Shown here: positions 12,123 through 24,649 of the stretch, piece by piece
Numbering within the stretch: position 1 is the first letter of the stretch
How the letters are laid out: each line of letters starts with the position of its first letter
From: Octopus vulgaris
Lineage: Eukaryota
Length of the DNA: 64,000 nucleotides
Reading direction: 5' to 3'
Assembly: GCA_951406725.2 (NCBI GenBank)
Contig: OX597839.1
Location: forward strand, 34,472,001-34,536,000
The notes under the pieces: generated by a model
The model's database searches: none
Seen by the model: the letters and a program-made list of their open reading frames with translations, nothing else
Told to the model about the DNA's origin: nothing
Position numbers and translations under genes: made by a program

Positions 12123-13329
12123 GTAAGTATTGGAGGGATCGAAGTGGAGTAAGGTGGTGGAGCTGGCAGAATTGCTTAGTGGCATTTCTTTCAGCTCTAC
12201 ATATCTGAGTTCAAATCTCACCAAGGTCAACTTTATCTTTCATTCTTTCGGATCCAACAAAATAAAGAACCAGTCAGTTGTTGGAGCTGATGTAATCAAC
12301 TTGCCTCATCCCCACCACCACCACCACGACCACCACCACCAAAAAAATCCTGCCTAAGTCAGCTTTCATCCTTTTGGGGTTGATAAAATAAAGGATCAGT
12401 TAGGTACTGGGGTCAGTGCCATCAACTATCCTTCTCTCCCTAAAATTGCTGGCCATGTGCAACATCTCCGTGGCCGTTTGCCAGCTCCGTCTGGCACCTT
12501 GACAACAGAGCAATGGAGTGGGAGAATCCATTAGAAACACTGCCAGTCAGACTGGGAAAGCCTTTGTAGGTTTTCTCCTGAGCTCTTTACATTCTGAGTT
12601 TCAAATCCCACCAAGATCTCATTAGAGAGTTGGGAAAGCCTTGTAGGTTTTCTCCTGACTCTTTACATTCTGAGTTCAAATCCCACCAAGATCTATATTA
12701 CTTTTTCTTTTGTCTTTTTATGAGTCAAGAAAATCGAGCACCAGTCGAATCCTGGGGTCAATGGTATCATCTGACCCAACTTTCCACTAAAATTGCAGGC
12801 CTTGTGCTTAAATCAGAAACCATTATTATAATCCTTTCTACTATAGGCACAAAGCCTGAAATAAGGTGCATCTATAACTAGGCTCAAGCATGGCCACACT
12901 GTAAAGTGGTTGGTGTTTTGAAGGGCATCTAGCTGTAAAAAAAAAACTTGCCAAAACTGACCTCACCTGTGCTTGTGCCATGTAAAAAGCACTAAGTCCA
13001 CTCTGTTGAGTGGCTAGTGTAAAAATCCTGCCAAAACAGACACAGAAGTCTGGTGCAGGTTTCTGCCGGGCCAGCTCTTGTGAATCTGTCCCACCCATGC
13101 CAGCATAGAATGCAGACATTAGATGATGATGATGATGAATTCTTTATCATTCAGTTTACTTCTTTGTCAAATGTAACCCTAATTTATTCATTTAGTGCAT
13201 TTTCAAGATTTTGATGATGTGACTGGATATTTTCAGAATGATATTGTAGGACAGGTGTGAGGGGCCGGATCTGGTTGGTTTGAACATCAAAAACAAGTGG
13301 AATATTTGCGCCTGATATAGCCAGTTTAA

Positions 13330-13549
13330 CCCTTTAGTGTTTGAACCGACCATATCCAGCCAAAATATTCTACCTATTTTATGTTCAAACTAGTCAGATA
13401 TGGTCATTCATAGCTATCTTATTGTGTCATTTTAAAAATAAACAATCACATCATTGAAATCTCAAAGCCATGAAATGATGCAAGATTAATTTTACATGGT
13501 GTGAATACATAAGCTTTACATTTGACAGAATAATCTGAATGCTTAAGGG
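13330..13549. mobile_element. piggyBac-like TTAA MITE, with an inverted older copy at about 13145-13329
   Basis: TTAA-CCCTTTAG ... AAGGG-TTAA; related fragments at 26072-26240, 35740-35813, 58717-58921. Confidence 0.7.
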
Positions 13550-13720
13550 TTAAGAAGTAATGGACTAATCAAGGTGTTCTACTAATTTAGGATTGGAAAC
13601 TTTACCAATAATTTAATAAGACCAATCTATAGAGAAGACCACCCTAGCACTGATGTAAGAATAAAATGAGCATTTTACTTGCATAAATATTTTATGAAAA
13701 TTTTCTTTCTTCTCTTTTAG

Positions 13721-13884
13721 CTGACATTCTGGGCAAATCTGAGCTGAAAAAGTCAGAAACCGAGGTGGAAGTGAACAAACTGAAAGCTGAAAATGCTGGC
13801 TTGCAGGATAATTTACTGAAACTTCAGTCCTTGAATGAAAGTCTGGGCCAGGACAAAATAGAACTGAACAAGATTATTATGCAG
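13721..13884 (+). CDS. CROCC: Rootletin exon w7
   Basis: ttttag|CT, CAG|gttagt; DILGKSELKKSETEVEVNKLKAE...LNESLGQDKIELNKIIMQ; phase 1/0. Confidence 0.9.
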
Positions 13885-13903
13885 GTTAGTATATAAAGGT
13901 TAG

Positions 13904-14286
13904 TACGCAATGGCCCAGTGGTTAGGGCAGCGGACTCGCGGTCATAGGATCGCGGTTTCAATTCCCAGACCGGGCGTTGTGAGAGTTTATTGAGCGAAAA
14001 CACCTAAAAAGCTCCAAGAGGCTCCGGCAGGGGATGGTGGTGATCCCTGGTGTACTCTTTCACCACGACTTTCTCTCACTCTTACTTCCTGTTTCTGTTG
14101 TACCTGTATTTCAAAGGGCCGGCCTTGTCACTCTCTGTGTCACGCTGAATATCCCCGAGAACTACGTTAAGGGTACACGTGTCTGTGGAGTGCTCAGCCA
14201 CTTACACGTTAATTTCACGAGCAGGCTGTTCCGTTGATTCGGATCAACCGGAACCCTCGTCGTCGTAACCGACGGAGTGCTTCCAG
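13904..14286 (+). mobile_element. SINE family B (tail variant 2)
   Basis: Family-B head; tail ...GAGAACTACGTTAAGGGTACACGTGTCTGTGGAGTGCTCAGCCAC..., shared with an older element at 5720-6008. Confidence 0.85.
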
Positions 14287-15274
14287 TACATAAATAAATG
14301 ACAAGGGACAGGGGAAAGGAAAATGCCGTGGGGAATCCGTGTAGAGACAGGCATGGCTGTGTGGTTAAGGAGCTCACTTTTGCAACCATGTGGTTTTGGG
14401 TTCAGTCTCACCGTGTGGCACCTTGGGCAAGTGTCTATTTTACTATAGCCCCAGGCTGATCGATGCCTTCTGTGTGAATTTAGCAGACAGAAACTGTGTA
14501 GAAGCTTGCCTAGCCAAGACTTCCTACTTCACCCCTACCCCCCAACACCCTATATAAACTAACGCACGCATGATGACCCTCCAATTGATTTCGATACCTT
14601 GGCTGTAAAATACGAATCTCAGAGGATGAAAAATTTCAGATAAGAGATTTTAACCTTTCAACTTGTTACCTACCTTCCATTGTATTTCTGCGAGTATCAT
14701 CATCATCATCATAAACCCTTTTTATTATTTTCTCTCTATTCTGTCTTATTCTGTCTATTTCAGCACCATGCCATCATGTAAATATAGTTCTATAGTTTCG
14801 TCCGTGTGTCTGTATATGTAATTGTCTCCCTCCCTCTGCTTGGCAACAGGTGTTGCTTTGTTAACATCTCCATTGCCTATAACTTAGTGGTTCAGCAAAA
14901 GAGATTGATAAAATAAGTATCAGATTTAAAAAAAAAAAAGAACAACATTAGTACCAGGGTTGATTTGTTTAACAAAATCCCTTTAAGGCATTGCTTCAGC
15001 ATGGCCATAAGCCAATGACTGAACCAAGCAAAAGATAAAAAAATATAGATATTGGCTGCTAATTAAGAAAGACTTTGTGTAATTAATCAGCTGAGCAACA
15101 TGAACCAACACGATTGTTTGCATGTGAGAATGTCAGTTCCTTCACAGAAGAGGCTTAAAATACGACACAGTTTCATGGAACATATGTCATTTTTGTTGTT
15201 GTTGTTTGTTTTGAGTAAATAACTCTTGTTGATACAAAAACCACTGTTGACCTCTTTCGATTGGTAATCCTGTA

Positions 15275-15601
15275 CAGTAGAACCTCTGTTTATGAATGGC
15301 TCCCATTAAGAACAAATTGGTTTACAAAGCAATTTTTCAAACATAAAATGTCTCAGGTGACAAACGACTTCTTGAGTAATGAGAGCACGCAGGCCAGTAA
15401 CGACAGCAGTTGGCAACAAACTGGGAATATCAACAGGTTAGCGTCAGTTGCTGTCTGGCCTTCACTCTGTGGACAGCCCTGCTTGTATTTGCTGGGCTTT
15501 CTCTTGAATTTCCTTTGGTAGAAAGAGTTTCAGTTTACAAACATTTCAGGTGATGAATTGCCTTCAGGAATGAATTAAATTCGTAAATTGAGGGTCCACT
15601 A
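15275..15601. mobile_element. pogo/Tigger-like MITE
   Basis: TA-CAGTAGAACCTC...TTTATGAA ... TTCGTAAATTGAGGGTCCACTA-TA, degenerate TIRs. Confidence 0.7.
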
Positions 15602-16377
15602 TAATTCCCTTAAGCATCTGGGGCACAGTACGTTTCGAACATTTTAAAGTCATCTTCCCTTCCCTTTTGCTAGCTCCTTCTCAATGACCCCTTGCTACAA
15701 TGCAAACCCCACCCCTGCTTTTTAGTATCTGTTTACTGTTTTACTTGCCCAAGATGCCACGCAGTGGGACTGAACCCGGAACCATGTGGTTGGTTAGCAA
15801 GCTACTTACCACACAGCCACTCCTGCACCTATATGTACATATATATTTCTTTATTGCCCACAAGGGGCTAAGCACAGAGGGGGACAAACAAGGACAGACA
15901 AAGGGATTAAGTCGATTACACTGACCCCAGTGCGTAACTGGTACTTATTTAATCCACCCCGAAAGGATAAAAGGCAAAGTTGACTTCAGCAGAATTTGAA
16001 CTCCAAATGTAACAGCAGATGAAATACCTTTAAACATTTCGCCTGGCATGCTAACGATTCTGCCAGCCCGCTGCCATACACGTACATATATATATTATCC
16101 AGGGTGTGCTAGGTATGTGTTGCATACCCATCAAAAATGGCAAATTCATTATAAATTAACCTTGCTCGTTAATCTAATCACAAATCTTAGTGGAAAACTT
16201 TTGTTATACTCCTGCTTGAAATTTAGGGACATTAAGTATAGAAGCACACCCAATACATCACCCACCATACGTCACGGGGTCAGGCTGATTCAGTTCTAGC
16301 AATATTATCAAGCCTAGGGTGGTTTGCAAATACCCTGCACTTATAGGTGAATATATCAACTGTATTTCTATTTTCAG

Positions 16378-16501
16378 CTTGAAAACGAAAAGGTTTCTCT
16401 AAGCGGTGAAAAGCAGTCCCTGGAGCAAGAGAAATTTGGCATTAAAGAGGAGCTGGTGAGGGTGGAACAGGAGAAAATGGACTTGGATACAGAGAAAATG
16501 T
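16378..16501 (+). CDS. CROCC: Rootletin exon w8
   Basis: tttcag|CTT, T|gtaagt; LENEKVSLSGEKQSLEQEKFGIKEELVRVEQEKMDLDTEKM; phase 0/1. Confidence 0.9.
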
Positions 16502-16829
16502 GTAAGTTTTTATTTAGTTCAGTTGTCGGCATTTTATGTTGTTTTGTCTTGAAATAATTGGTTTTTAACAAGTGCCAACTGGCAGAGTTAGCAGCATGGG
16601 GTGGAGTGGGGGGAGTTGACCTAAATGCTGAAGGATTAACAATCCACATCTTATCATTTGAATTAAACTGCTCTTGGGGGGGAGGTCTTTTTTTTCTTTT
16701 TCTGTTTTTTTTTTTTTTTTTTTTGGAAGTCTTAAATTTTGAATGGTTTCACTCAACCTTAGCCGTTGTCGTAAATGTGTGCCATGGGTTGTAGAACTAA
16801 CTCATTGCTGTCCAAACAGCAACAACATC

Positions 16830-17205
16830 AGGAGGCGCAATGGCCCAGTGGTTAGGGCAGCGGACTCGCGGTCGGAGGATCTACGGTTTCGATTCCCAGA
16901 CCGGGCGTTGTGTGTGTTTATTGAGCGAAAACACCTAAAAGCTCCACGAGGCTCTGGCAGGGGATTGTGGCAACCCCTGTTGTACTCTTTCGCTCCAACT
17001 TTCTCTCACTCTTTCTTCCTGTTTCTTGTCCCCGACTTCCTACGCAACCGCTGAGCCTGGATGCGCATTCAGCCATCCATTGATACTCTCAGTGTCGGGG
17101 GTTGACCTGCTTTCTCTTCTGCAGGTCTTAAAAATAACAAAGGACCACGTTTCGGACTTCTCATACTGGGACGATGACCACTTCACTCAACAAACAAACA
17201 AACAA
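16830..17205 (+). mobile_element. SINE family B (tail variant 3)
   Basis: Family-B head with a different tail ending in (CAAA)n. Confidence 0.82.
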
Positions 17206-18099
17206 GCAGCAACATCATCATAATCATTTTGACATCCACTTTACAAGTGCAAGAATGGCTGCCACGTGGTAAGAAGTTTGCTTCCCAATCACAGGGTCTC
17301 ATGTTCAGTTCCACTGTACAGCATCATAGCAAAGCATCTTCTATTGTAGCTCCGGGCCGACCAAAGCCTCGTGAGTGTATTTTGTAAGAGAGAAACTGAA
17401 AGAAGCCTGTCGTGTGTGTCTTTGCGTCTGTCTTGATTTCATATAATAGTCGTAAATGAGTGTCACTGTCATACAAGCAGTGTTGGTCATTTCCAGTATT
17501 CTGTGAGAACCTGTCTGGCCATGGGGGAAATATTACCCCTGCTTGGAAACATAAGGGTTGGTGACAGGATGAGCATCCAGCCATAGAAAAATCTGCCTCA
17601 ACAAATCCTGTCCAACCCATGCAAGCATGGATAAGAGGACATTAAGATGATGATGGTTTAAGGTGGCGAGCTGGCAGAAATGCTTAGCGGTATTTCGTCT
17701 GCCGCTACGTTCTGAGTTCAAATTCCGCCGAGGTCGACTTTGCCTTTCATCCTTTCGGGGTCGATTAAATAAGTACCAGTTATGCACTGGGGTCGATGTA
17801 ATCGACTTAATCCGTTTGTCTATCCTTGTTTGTCCCCTCTGTGTGTAGCCCCTTGTGGGTAGTAAAGAAATAGGTTTAGCATGCTCAGACAGAATTCTTT
17901 GAGGTAGATTTTCAGCAGCCAAATTTACTTTCTTGTCACCAACCCCCACTAGCCCCTAAAATCAATGCCAAAACTAGTCATCTGAGCACAATGCTGTCCT
18001 TGGATCCATCGGATCCTATTAAACTATCCGACCCACATCGGCATAGAGGTTGAGCATTAAATGATGGTGATGGTTTATATTTCATATTTGAATATTTCC

Positions 18100-18489
18100 T
18101 CTTTACTCTCTACTCTTTTACTTGTTTCAGTCATTTGACTGCGGCCATGCTGGAGCACCACCTTTAGTCGAGCAAATCGACCCCGGGACTTATTCTTTGT
18201 AAGCCCAGTACTTATTCTATTGGTCTCTTTTTGCCGAAACGCTAAGTTACGGGGACGTAAACACACCAGCATCGGTTGTCAAGCAATGCTAGGGGAACAA
18301 ACATATACACACACACACACACATAACGACAGGCTTCTTTCAGTTTCCGTCTACCAAATCCACTCACAAGGCATTGGTCGGCCCGGGGCTATAGCAGAAG
18401 ACACTTGCCCAAGGTGCCACGCAGTGGGACTGAACCCGGAACCATGTGGTTGGTAAGCAAGCTACTTACCACACAGCCACTCCTGTGCC
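18100..18489 (-). mobile_element. SINE family A, full length
   Basis: Near-identical to 39920-40309, 41635-42040, 45377-45789, 49003-49390 (all minus) and 22862-23231, 52353-52650 (plus). Confidence 0.88.
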
Positions 18490-18537
18490 TTTTCCTGTTT
18501 CTCTTCCATAATATTTCTATTCTGTATTTCTCTCCAG

Positions 18538-18644
18538 CTCTCAACCAGACACTGAATCTGAGTGAAATGACACACAGACAGCTTGAAGAAGAGATTCACG
18601 CCGTCAACTTAGAGAAAGCTGAAGTTATTGAACAATTGAATACG
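18538..18644 (+). CDS. CROCC: Rootletin exon w9
   Basis: ctccag|CT, ACG|gtagga; LNQTLNLSEMTHRQLEEEIHAVNLEKAEVIEQLNT; phase 1/0. Confidence 0.88.
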
Positions 18645-20156
18645 GTAGGATTATAAGTCTTTTATTTCGTTTTTACACGAGTTTTTTTTGTTTGTTTTTC
18701 TCTTTTTAATGGTTGAAATCAAAGTAGAAAAAACCATAAACAATAGAAAATAAATCATCGTCATTTAACGTCCGTTGCCCATGCTGGCATGGGTTGGATG
18801 GTATGACAGCTCAAGGCGGCGAGCTGGCAGAATCGTTAGCACGCTGGGCGAAATGCTTAGCGGTATTTCGTCTGCCGTTACGTTCTGAGTTCAAATTCTG
18901 CCAAGGTCGACTTTGCCTTTCATCCTTTCGGGGTCGATAAAATAAGTACCAGTTACGCACTGGGGTCGATGTAATCGACTTAATACCTATGTCTGTCCTT
19001 GTTTGTCCCCTCTATGTTTAACCCTTTGTGGGTAGTAAAGAAATAGGTATGACAGGTGCTGGCCAGTTGCAAAGCTGCTTGGGCTCCATGTCTGTTTTGG
19101 CATGGTCCCTCTGGTCTGATGCCAACCACTTTACGGAGTATACTGGGTACTTTTCATGTGGCACACTGGCACGAGTGTTATTTACATGATTGGGTTAAAA
19201 TTCCCTTTGGATAGATAAAATCAAAGGCTGCTGGTCGGATTTGAACCCACATCTGATGTGAACATGATAGCGTTCTACCACTGGACCAAAGCAATCCTTA
19301 GAATTTCTCTTTCTGTTTTAGAAACTTGATTCTTACTAGAGAGAAATTTTATACTGTTGCTTTTATAAAAATTTAGAAAGTTCGAGAGAACATGAAATAA
19401 TTCTTTTTTCGTTTTCCTTTTTTTTTTATTCACCAATTTAAGCATTTGCATATTTTAGAGTAATTTTTTCTCCGCTTGAATAGCCTTTCTGCAGCAGTAA
19501 ATACTCTCAACCACAAACTAGAAATGTAAGCTACCGTTTAGTCTTGTAAAACGGAGGAGGAGGCATGCAGAGTTATGTCCCTTCATGTGAGCTACAACAA
19601 AAGAGCTATTGCGTCACACCAGTGGTTCCCAGACATTTTCAGGTTGCCACTCCCTTGACACCCAGGCCACATTCCTAGTGCCCCCACCCCAGCAACTAAC
19701 CATCACAAACATAGACCTCCTTCTGAAGCAAATTCAAAGCAACTGTGTTTCACAAATAAAACTTAACCTGATGAATCCATTATTTTGTTTGTTTTTACAT
19801 GAATCACTACCCCATTATCGCCCCCACTTTCCTTCCTGGAATTTTCCACCCCCGCAGGGAGGGAGGGGCAATACTATCCACTTTGGAAACCTTGTACCTA
19901 TAGTAGAAAGGATTATTATTATTATTGATATTATTATTTTGGGTGGCAAGCTGGCAGAATAGTTAGCACATTGGATGAAATTCTTGGCAGTATCACCCAA
20001 GGCTAAGTTCTGAGTTCAAATTCCATTGAGGTTGACCTTGCCTTTCATCCTTTCAGGGTAAATAAATTAAGTACCAGTTGAACACTGGGGTCGATGTAAT
20101 CGACTCATTCCCTCCTCCTATAACTGCTTGAAGCCATTATTATTATTATTATTATT

Positions 20157-20717
20157 GAGTGAGAGAGCAGTGCATGCCATCAAAGTGACACTGGGGTAAA
20201 ATATATGAAGCCCAGTATACCCATCATGACTACCCGTCTGATAAGGGTACACCAGGCACATGCATCACAACCATGTGTGCGCGACATGGTGGTCTCATAT
20301 CAAGATAAACAGCACATGACCTTGCAGGTGGGGCCCAGTTAGAATTTTCTTCAGGTCGAGTAACCCATCCCACTCGAAAGGTACCTGAATAAGGGTTGTT
20401 TAAGGATGTTGAAAGAACCACCCATGTTTCCAGAGGTGAATTATTCAAACCCCAAAGAATCCCTCTCAACACATGACTATGATATGATGTTCCCCCACTA
20501 CTTCTGCTCGTGATCAGAGATACACATATCGTCAGCCACTAAGGGACATGGTCAACTGGTTAAGGTCAAACAACTGACAAGCAAATCTGTGGTATTGAGC
20601 AGAATATTTGCTGTAGCCCATCTTTTATACCAAGACAAAACAATGTACATGATAACACTTCCAATCAGTTAAGATCAGAAGCCATGAGAGCCACTGCCTG
20701 GTACTGCATCAGGGCAT

Positions 20718-20718
<1 letters not shown>
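20157..20718. mobile_element. Insert of about 560 bp inside an (ATT)n microsatellite
   Basis: Complex sequence flanked on both sides by (ATT)n; no ORF or TIR recognised. Confidence 0.55.
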
Positions 20719-20755
<37 letters not shown>

Positions 20756-20804
20756 GAAATATCACCTGCATTGTTTCATTATTGTTTCCTGTTCCTTTGT
20801 ACAG

Positions 20805-21126
20805 CTGTCTCGTCAGAAACAGGCCCTGGCTGAAGAGTTGCTGGCATTGCGCAAAGAACTGGAACGTCACAAAACAATAATCTCGAAGATCAACAAGGAC
20901 AAGGAACAGCTGACTCAACAGAACGCGGAACTGGTTGTTCAAGTGACAGCAACGGAGAGGGAAAACCGACAGCAAAGCGAAGTCATCGCTGCTATTAGAA
21001 CCGACAAAGACAGCTTAGAGAATACTTTGTATGAGGTCCAGCAAGAAAATACTCAGCTCCGAGCAAGGAAGGAACAGCTCGAAGGAGAAAATCAAGATAT
21101 GATTATTCGGAAAGAAAATCTTCAAG
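20805..21126 (+). CDS. CROCC: Rootletin exon w10
   Basis: gtacag|CTG, G|gtaaga; LSRQKQALAEELL...VQVTATERENRQQSE...KENLQ; phase 0/1. Confidence 0.92.
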
Positions 21127-21150
21127 GTAAGACAAAGAGGACCCCATTAG

Positions 21151-21660
21151 TTACATTTGACGGATATTTGTCCTCATCTTGTTTGTTGCTAACACAACAT
21201 TTCGGCTGATATACTCTCCAGCCTTCATCAGTTGTCTTGGGGAAATTTTGAATCTGGGTTCTCATTACTAAGGTATTTTTTGATACTATTTTTTCTACTA
21301 ACCCCAGAATCTTGGGGTTAGTATCATGTGCTCTTAACCACTACACCATATGCCCGTGGGCAATTTGGTGTGAATTTTTGGGCTTATAAATCTAATATTT
21401 TCCTACTAACCCCAAGATTTCGAGTTAGATTCCAGGCAGTGGGCTGAATAATAATAATAATAATACCAACAACAACATCATCATTATCATCATCAAAAAA
21501 TGCCTTAGGAATGAGAACCCTGGTTTGAAATTTCCCCCAAGACACCAGATGAAGGCTGTAGGGTACATCAGCCGAAACGTTGTGTTAACAACAAACAAGA
21601 TGAGGACAAATATCCATCAAATGTAAATAATGTAAATAATTCCTCATCTCTTAAATATAG
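21151..21660. mobile_element. Inverted element with hammerhead motifs and a tRNA-like head
   Basis: Inverted arms of about 135 bp (21151-21284 / 21492-21626), each with a hammerhead-like motif; A-box and B-box pieces in the spacer. Confidence 0.7.
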
Positions 21661-22025
21661 AACTGAAAGAGGAATCCCTTAACTGTTTAGTATTGTTGCT
21701 GTTGTTGTTATGGTATACTACAGATCAGTATTATAGCTGACAGAGAAGCAACCACACCCTAGTGCCTTTTCAACAGTTCTTTTTTAATTCTTTAGTTATC
21801 AGCTGGGACCCTCGTTGTCATAACGAACAGAATGCTCCTATGTGTTTATGTGTGTCTTTTGTATTAACGTCATTTGTTAGTCGTAATGTCACCGATCACA
21901 TAAGCAGTCTCCGTCACTTGCAGTTTTTCATGAAATCATGACTGTCCATTGTGCAATTCATGTTGAGAGGACTAGGGTAAATAACCTACTTGGAAACAGG
22001 TGATGGTTGGTGACAGTAAGGGCAT

Positions 22026-22258
22026 AAGGCGGCGAGCTGGTAGAAGCGTTAGCACGCCGGGAGAAATGCTTTGCGGTATTTCGTCTGCCGTTACGTTCTG
22101 AGTTCAAATTCCGCCGAGGTCGACTTTGCCTTTCATCTTTTCGGGGTCGATAAATTAAGTACCAGTTACGCACTGGGGTCGATGTAATCGACTTAATACC
22201 TATGTCTGTTCTTGTTTGTCCCCTCTATGTTTAGCCCCTTGTGGGTAATAAAGAAATA
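22026..22258 (+). mobile_element. tRNA-headed SINE family C, young insertion
   Basis: 14-bp TSD GACAGTAAGGGCAT (22012-22025, 22259-22272); central GTCGACTTTGCCTTTCATC..TCGGGGTCGATAAATTAAGTACCAG resembles a Meta/MESC-type SINE domain (from memory); other copies at 17660, 18813, 28930, 47120, 54172 (+) and 15845 (-). Confidence 0.88.
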
Positions 22259-22418
22259 GACAGTAAGGGCATCCAGCTGTAGAAAACCTTCCTCAATGAA
22301 TTTCATCTATCCCATGAAAGAGTAGGCATTGAAACTTGTGATGATGATGATGGTGGTGGTGGGGGCTGGTGATGATGATGTAATCTTCACTTTCTTAACC
22401 TGTTCTGCTTTTATACAG

Positions 22419-22588
22419 CTGAAATCCAAAGGATCTTGAAAGACAAGGAAATAGACACTGAACGTCTCGAAAGACAGAAAGAATTGCTAAATACTCGTCT
22501 CCAGCAGCTCGAAAAAGATCTTCAAGTGGCCTTAAAACAGGAACAGCAATCTCATGAAGAAGATGTCGAGCGACTTAACAGAGAAAAG
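22419..22588 (+). CDS. CROCC: Rootletin exon w11
   Basis: atacag|CT, AAG|gtaaat; EIQRILKDKEIDTERLERQK...HEEDVERLNREK; phase 1/0. Confidence 0.9.
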
Positions 22589-23655
22589 GTAAATATTTTT
22601 GTTAGGACATCTACCTTTGTTTATTCCAGGTGTTTGGTTAAAAAAAAACAATCATACCATGAATCAGTGATAAAGAAAAAATAGGTTTTGTTGTGTGGAT
22701 CCCCCACCCCCCCACCAGGGCCAATTTTTTTCTGAGCATTGTGGAAGGTTGTGGGGTGTGTGCATTTGGGCTCCGGGTAGAATTTTTGATTGATTATCAA
22801 CCCATGTTATTCACAGATTGATTTGTGGTAATTGTAACATGTAGCAATTGAGCAGAATATTGGCACAGGAGTGGCTGGGTGGTAAGAAATATGCTTCTTA
22901 ACCACACGGTTCTGGGTTCAGTGCCACTGTGCAGCATCTTGAGCAAATGTCTTCTACTATAGCCTTGGGCCAACCAAAACTTTGCGAGTGGATTTGGTAG
23001 TCGGAAACTGAAAGAAGCATGTGTGTGTGTGTGCCTATGGTTGTCCCCCACCACCACGTGACAACTGCTGTTAGTGTGTTTATGTCCCTGTAACTTAGCA
23101 GTTCAGCAAAAGAGACCAACAGAATAAGTACCAGGTTTAAAAAAAACTTACTTGGGTTGATTTATTCAACTAAAATTACTTAAGGTGGTGCCCCAGCATG
23201 GCCGCAGTCAAATGACTAAAACAAGTAAAAGATTTTCAAAACTGATAGCAAAGCAGTGTATTTTAACAGCGAGTGCCATCTGACTGGCTCCTGTGCGAGT
23301 GGTACATAAAAGGCACCGTTCGAGCATGGTCAATGCCAGTGCCACCTGACTGGCTCCCATGCTGGTGTCACGTAAAAATCACCATTCAAGCATGGTTGAT
23401 GCCAATGCCGCCTGACTGGCCCCTGTGCTGGTGGCATGTAAAAAAAGCACCAACTACACTTTCGGAGTGGTTGGTGTTAGGAAGGGCATCCAGCTGTAGG
23501 AACCTTGCCAGATCAGATTGGAGCCTGGTGTGGCTATCTAGCTCGCCAGTCCTCAGTCAAGCTGTCCAACCCATCCCAGCATGGAAAGCGGACGTTAAAC
23601 GATGCTGATGACATGCTAACAAAAGAAATAATTTTGCTTTGTTATTTTTCTGTAG

Positions 23656-23835
23656 GAAAGTCAATGCTTGGACTTCAAATCTCAACGTGAGCAGATGTTA
23701 CACCAACATAATTTGGAGAGAGAGGAACTTGGCAACCAATTAGGTTTGGAGAAAGCACAACTTGAGGAAGCATTAGCTGCCATTCAACGAGAACGGGACG
23801 AATCTTTGTTATTGGCAGAAAATGAAAAGCAACAG
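23656..23835 (+). CDS. CROCC: Rootletin exon w12
   Basis: ctgtag|GAA, CAG|gtgagt; ...IQRERDESLLLAENEKQQ; phase 0/0. Confidence 0.92.
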
Positions 23836-24452
23836 GTGAGTAAAGAGGAATTTCTCAACATTTTTTTTTTGGACATATTACATCACTATCATTACCTCTG
23901 CCTTAGCAATGGCAGAGTTATTGTTTTCAGTTGTGTTTGTTTGAAATAGGAAGAGTATCCAGTTGCAGTAAACCATTCCAAATCAGACTGGAGCCTGGCG
24001 TAGTCTTCCAGCATACCAGCTCAGTGAAACTGTCCAACCCATGCCAGCATGGACAACGGACATTAAATGATGATGATGCCAGCCTCGCCTGGCCCCTGTG
24101 CCGGTGGCACGTAAAAAGCACCATCCGATCGTGGCCGTTGCCAGCCTTGCCTGGCCCCTGTGCCGGTGGCACGTAAAAAGCACCATCCAACCGTGGCCGT
24201 TTGCCAGCCGCGTCTGGCACCTGTGCCGGTGGCACGTAAAAAGCACCCACTACACTCACAGAGTGGTTGGCATTAGGAAGGGCATCCAGCCATAGAAACA
24301 TTGCCAGATCAGACTGGGCCTGGTGCAGCCTTCTGGCTTCCCAGACCCCAGTTGAACCATCCAACCCATGCTAGCATGGAAAGCGGATGCTAAACGAAGA
24401 TGATGATGATGATGAAATCAATACAACTCAGTGTTATCTTTAATTTCCACAG

Positions 24453-24649
24453 GTGATCTCATTATTGGACCAAGAGAAAACTTCCCTCCTGGACAGAAAC
24501 AACATGATTCAACAGGAATTGACCAGTTTACAAGTGGAATATAACAAACTGAAGAGAGAGGCTTTGTTGAAGCAAGAACAAGACCGAGATGTTGCCAACA
24601 GTTTGCAGTCAGAACTGAAGAACTTCCAAGACCAGTTTGAAGAATCAAC
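24453..24649 (+). CDS. CROCC: Rootletin exon w13
   Basis: ccacag|GTG, AC|gtaaat; VISLLDQEK...LKREALLKQEQDR; phase 0/2. Confidence 0.9.

Noticed and set aside
19225-19297. tRNA-like sequence on minus
   Set aside because: Anticodon arm does not pair; not a functional tRNA gene
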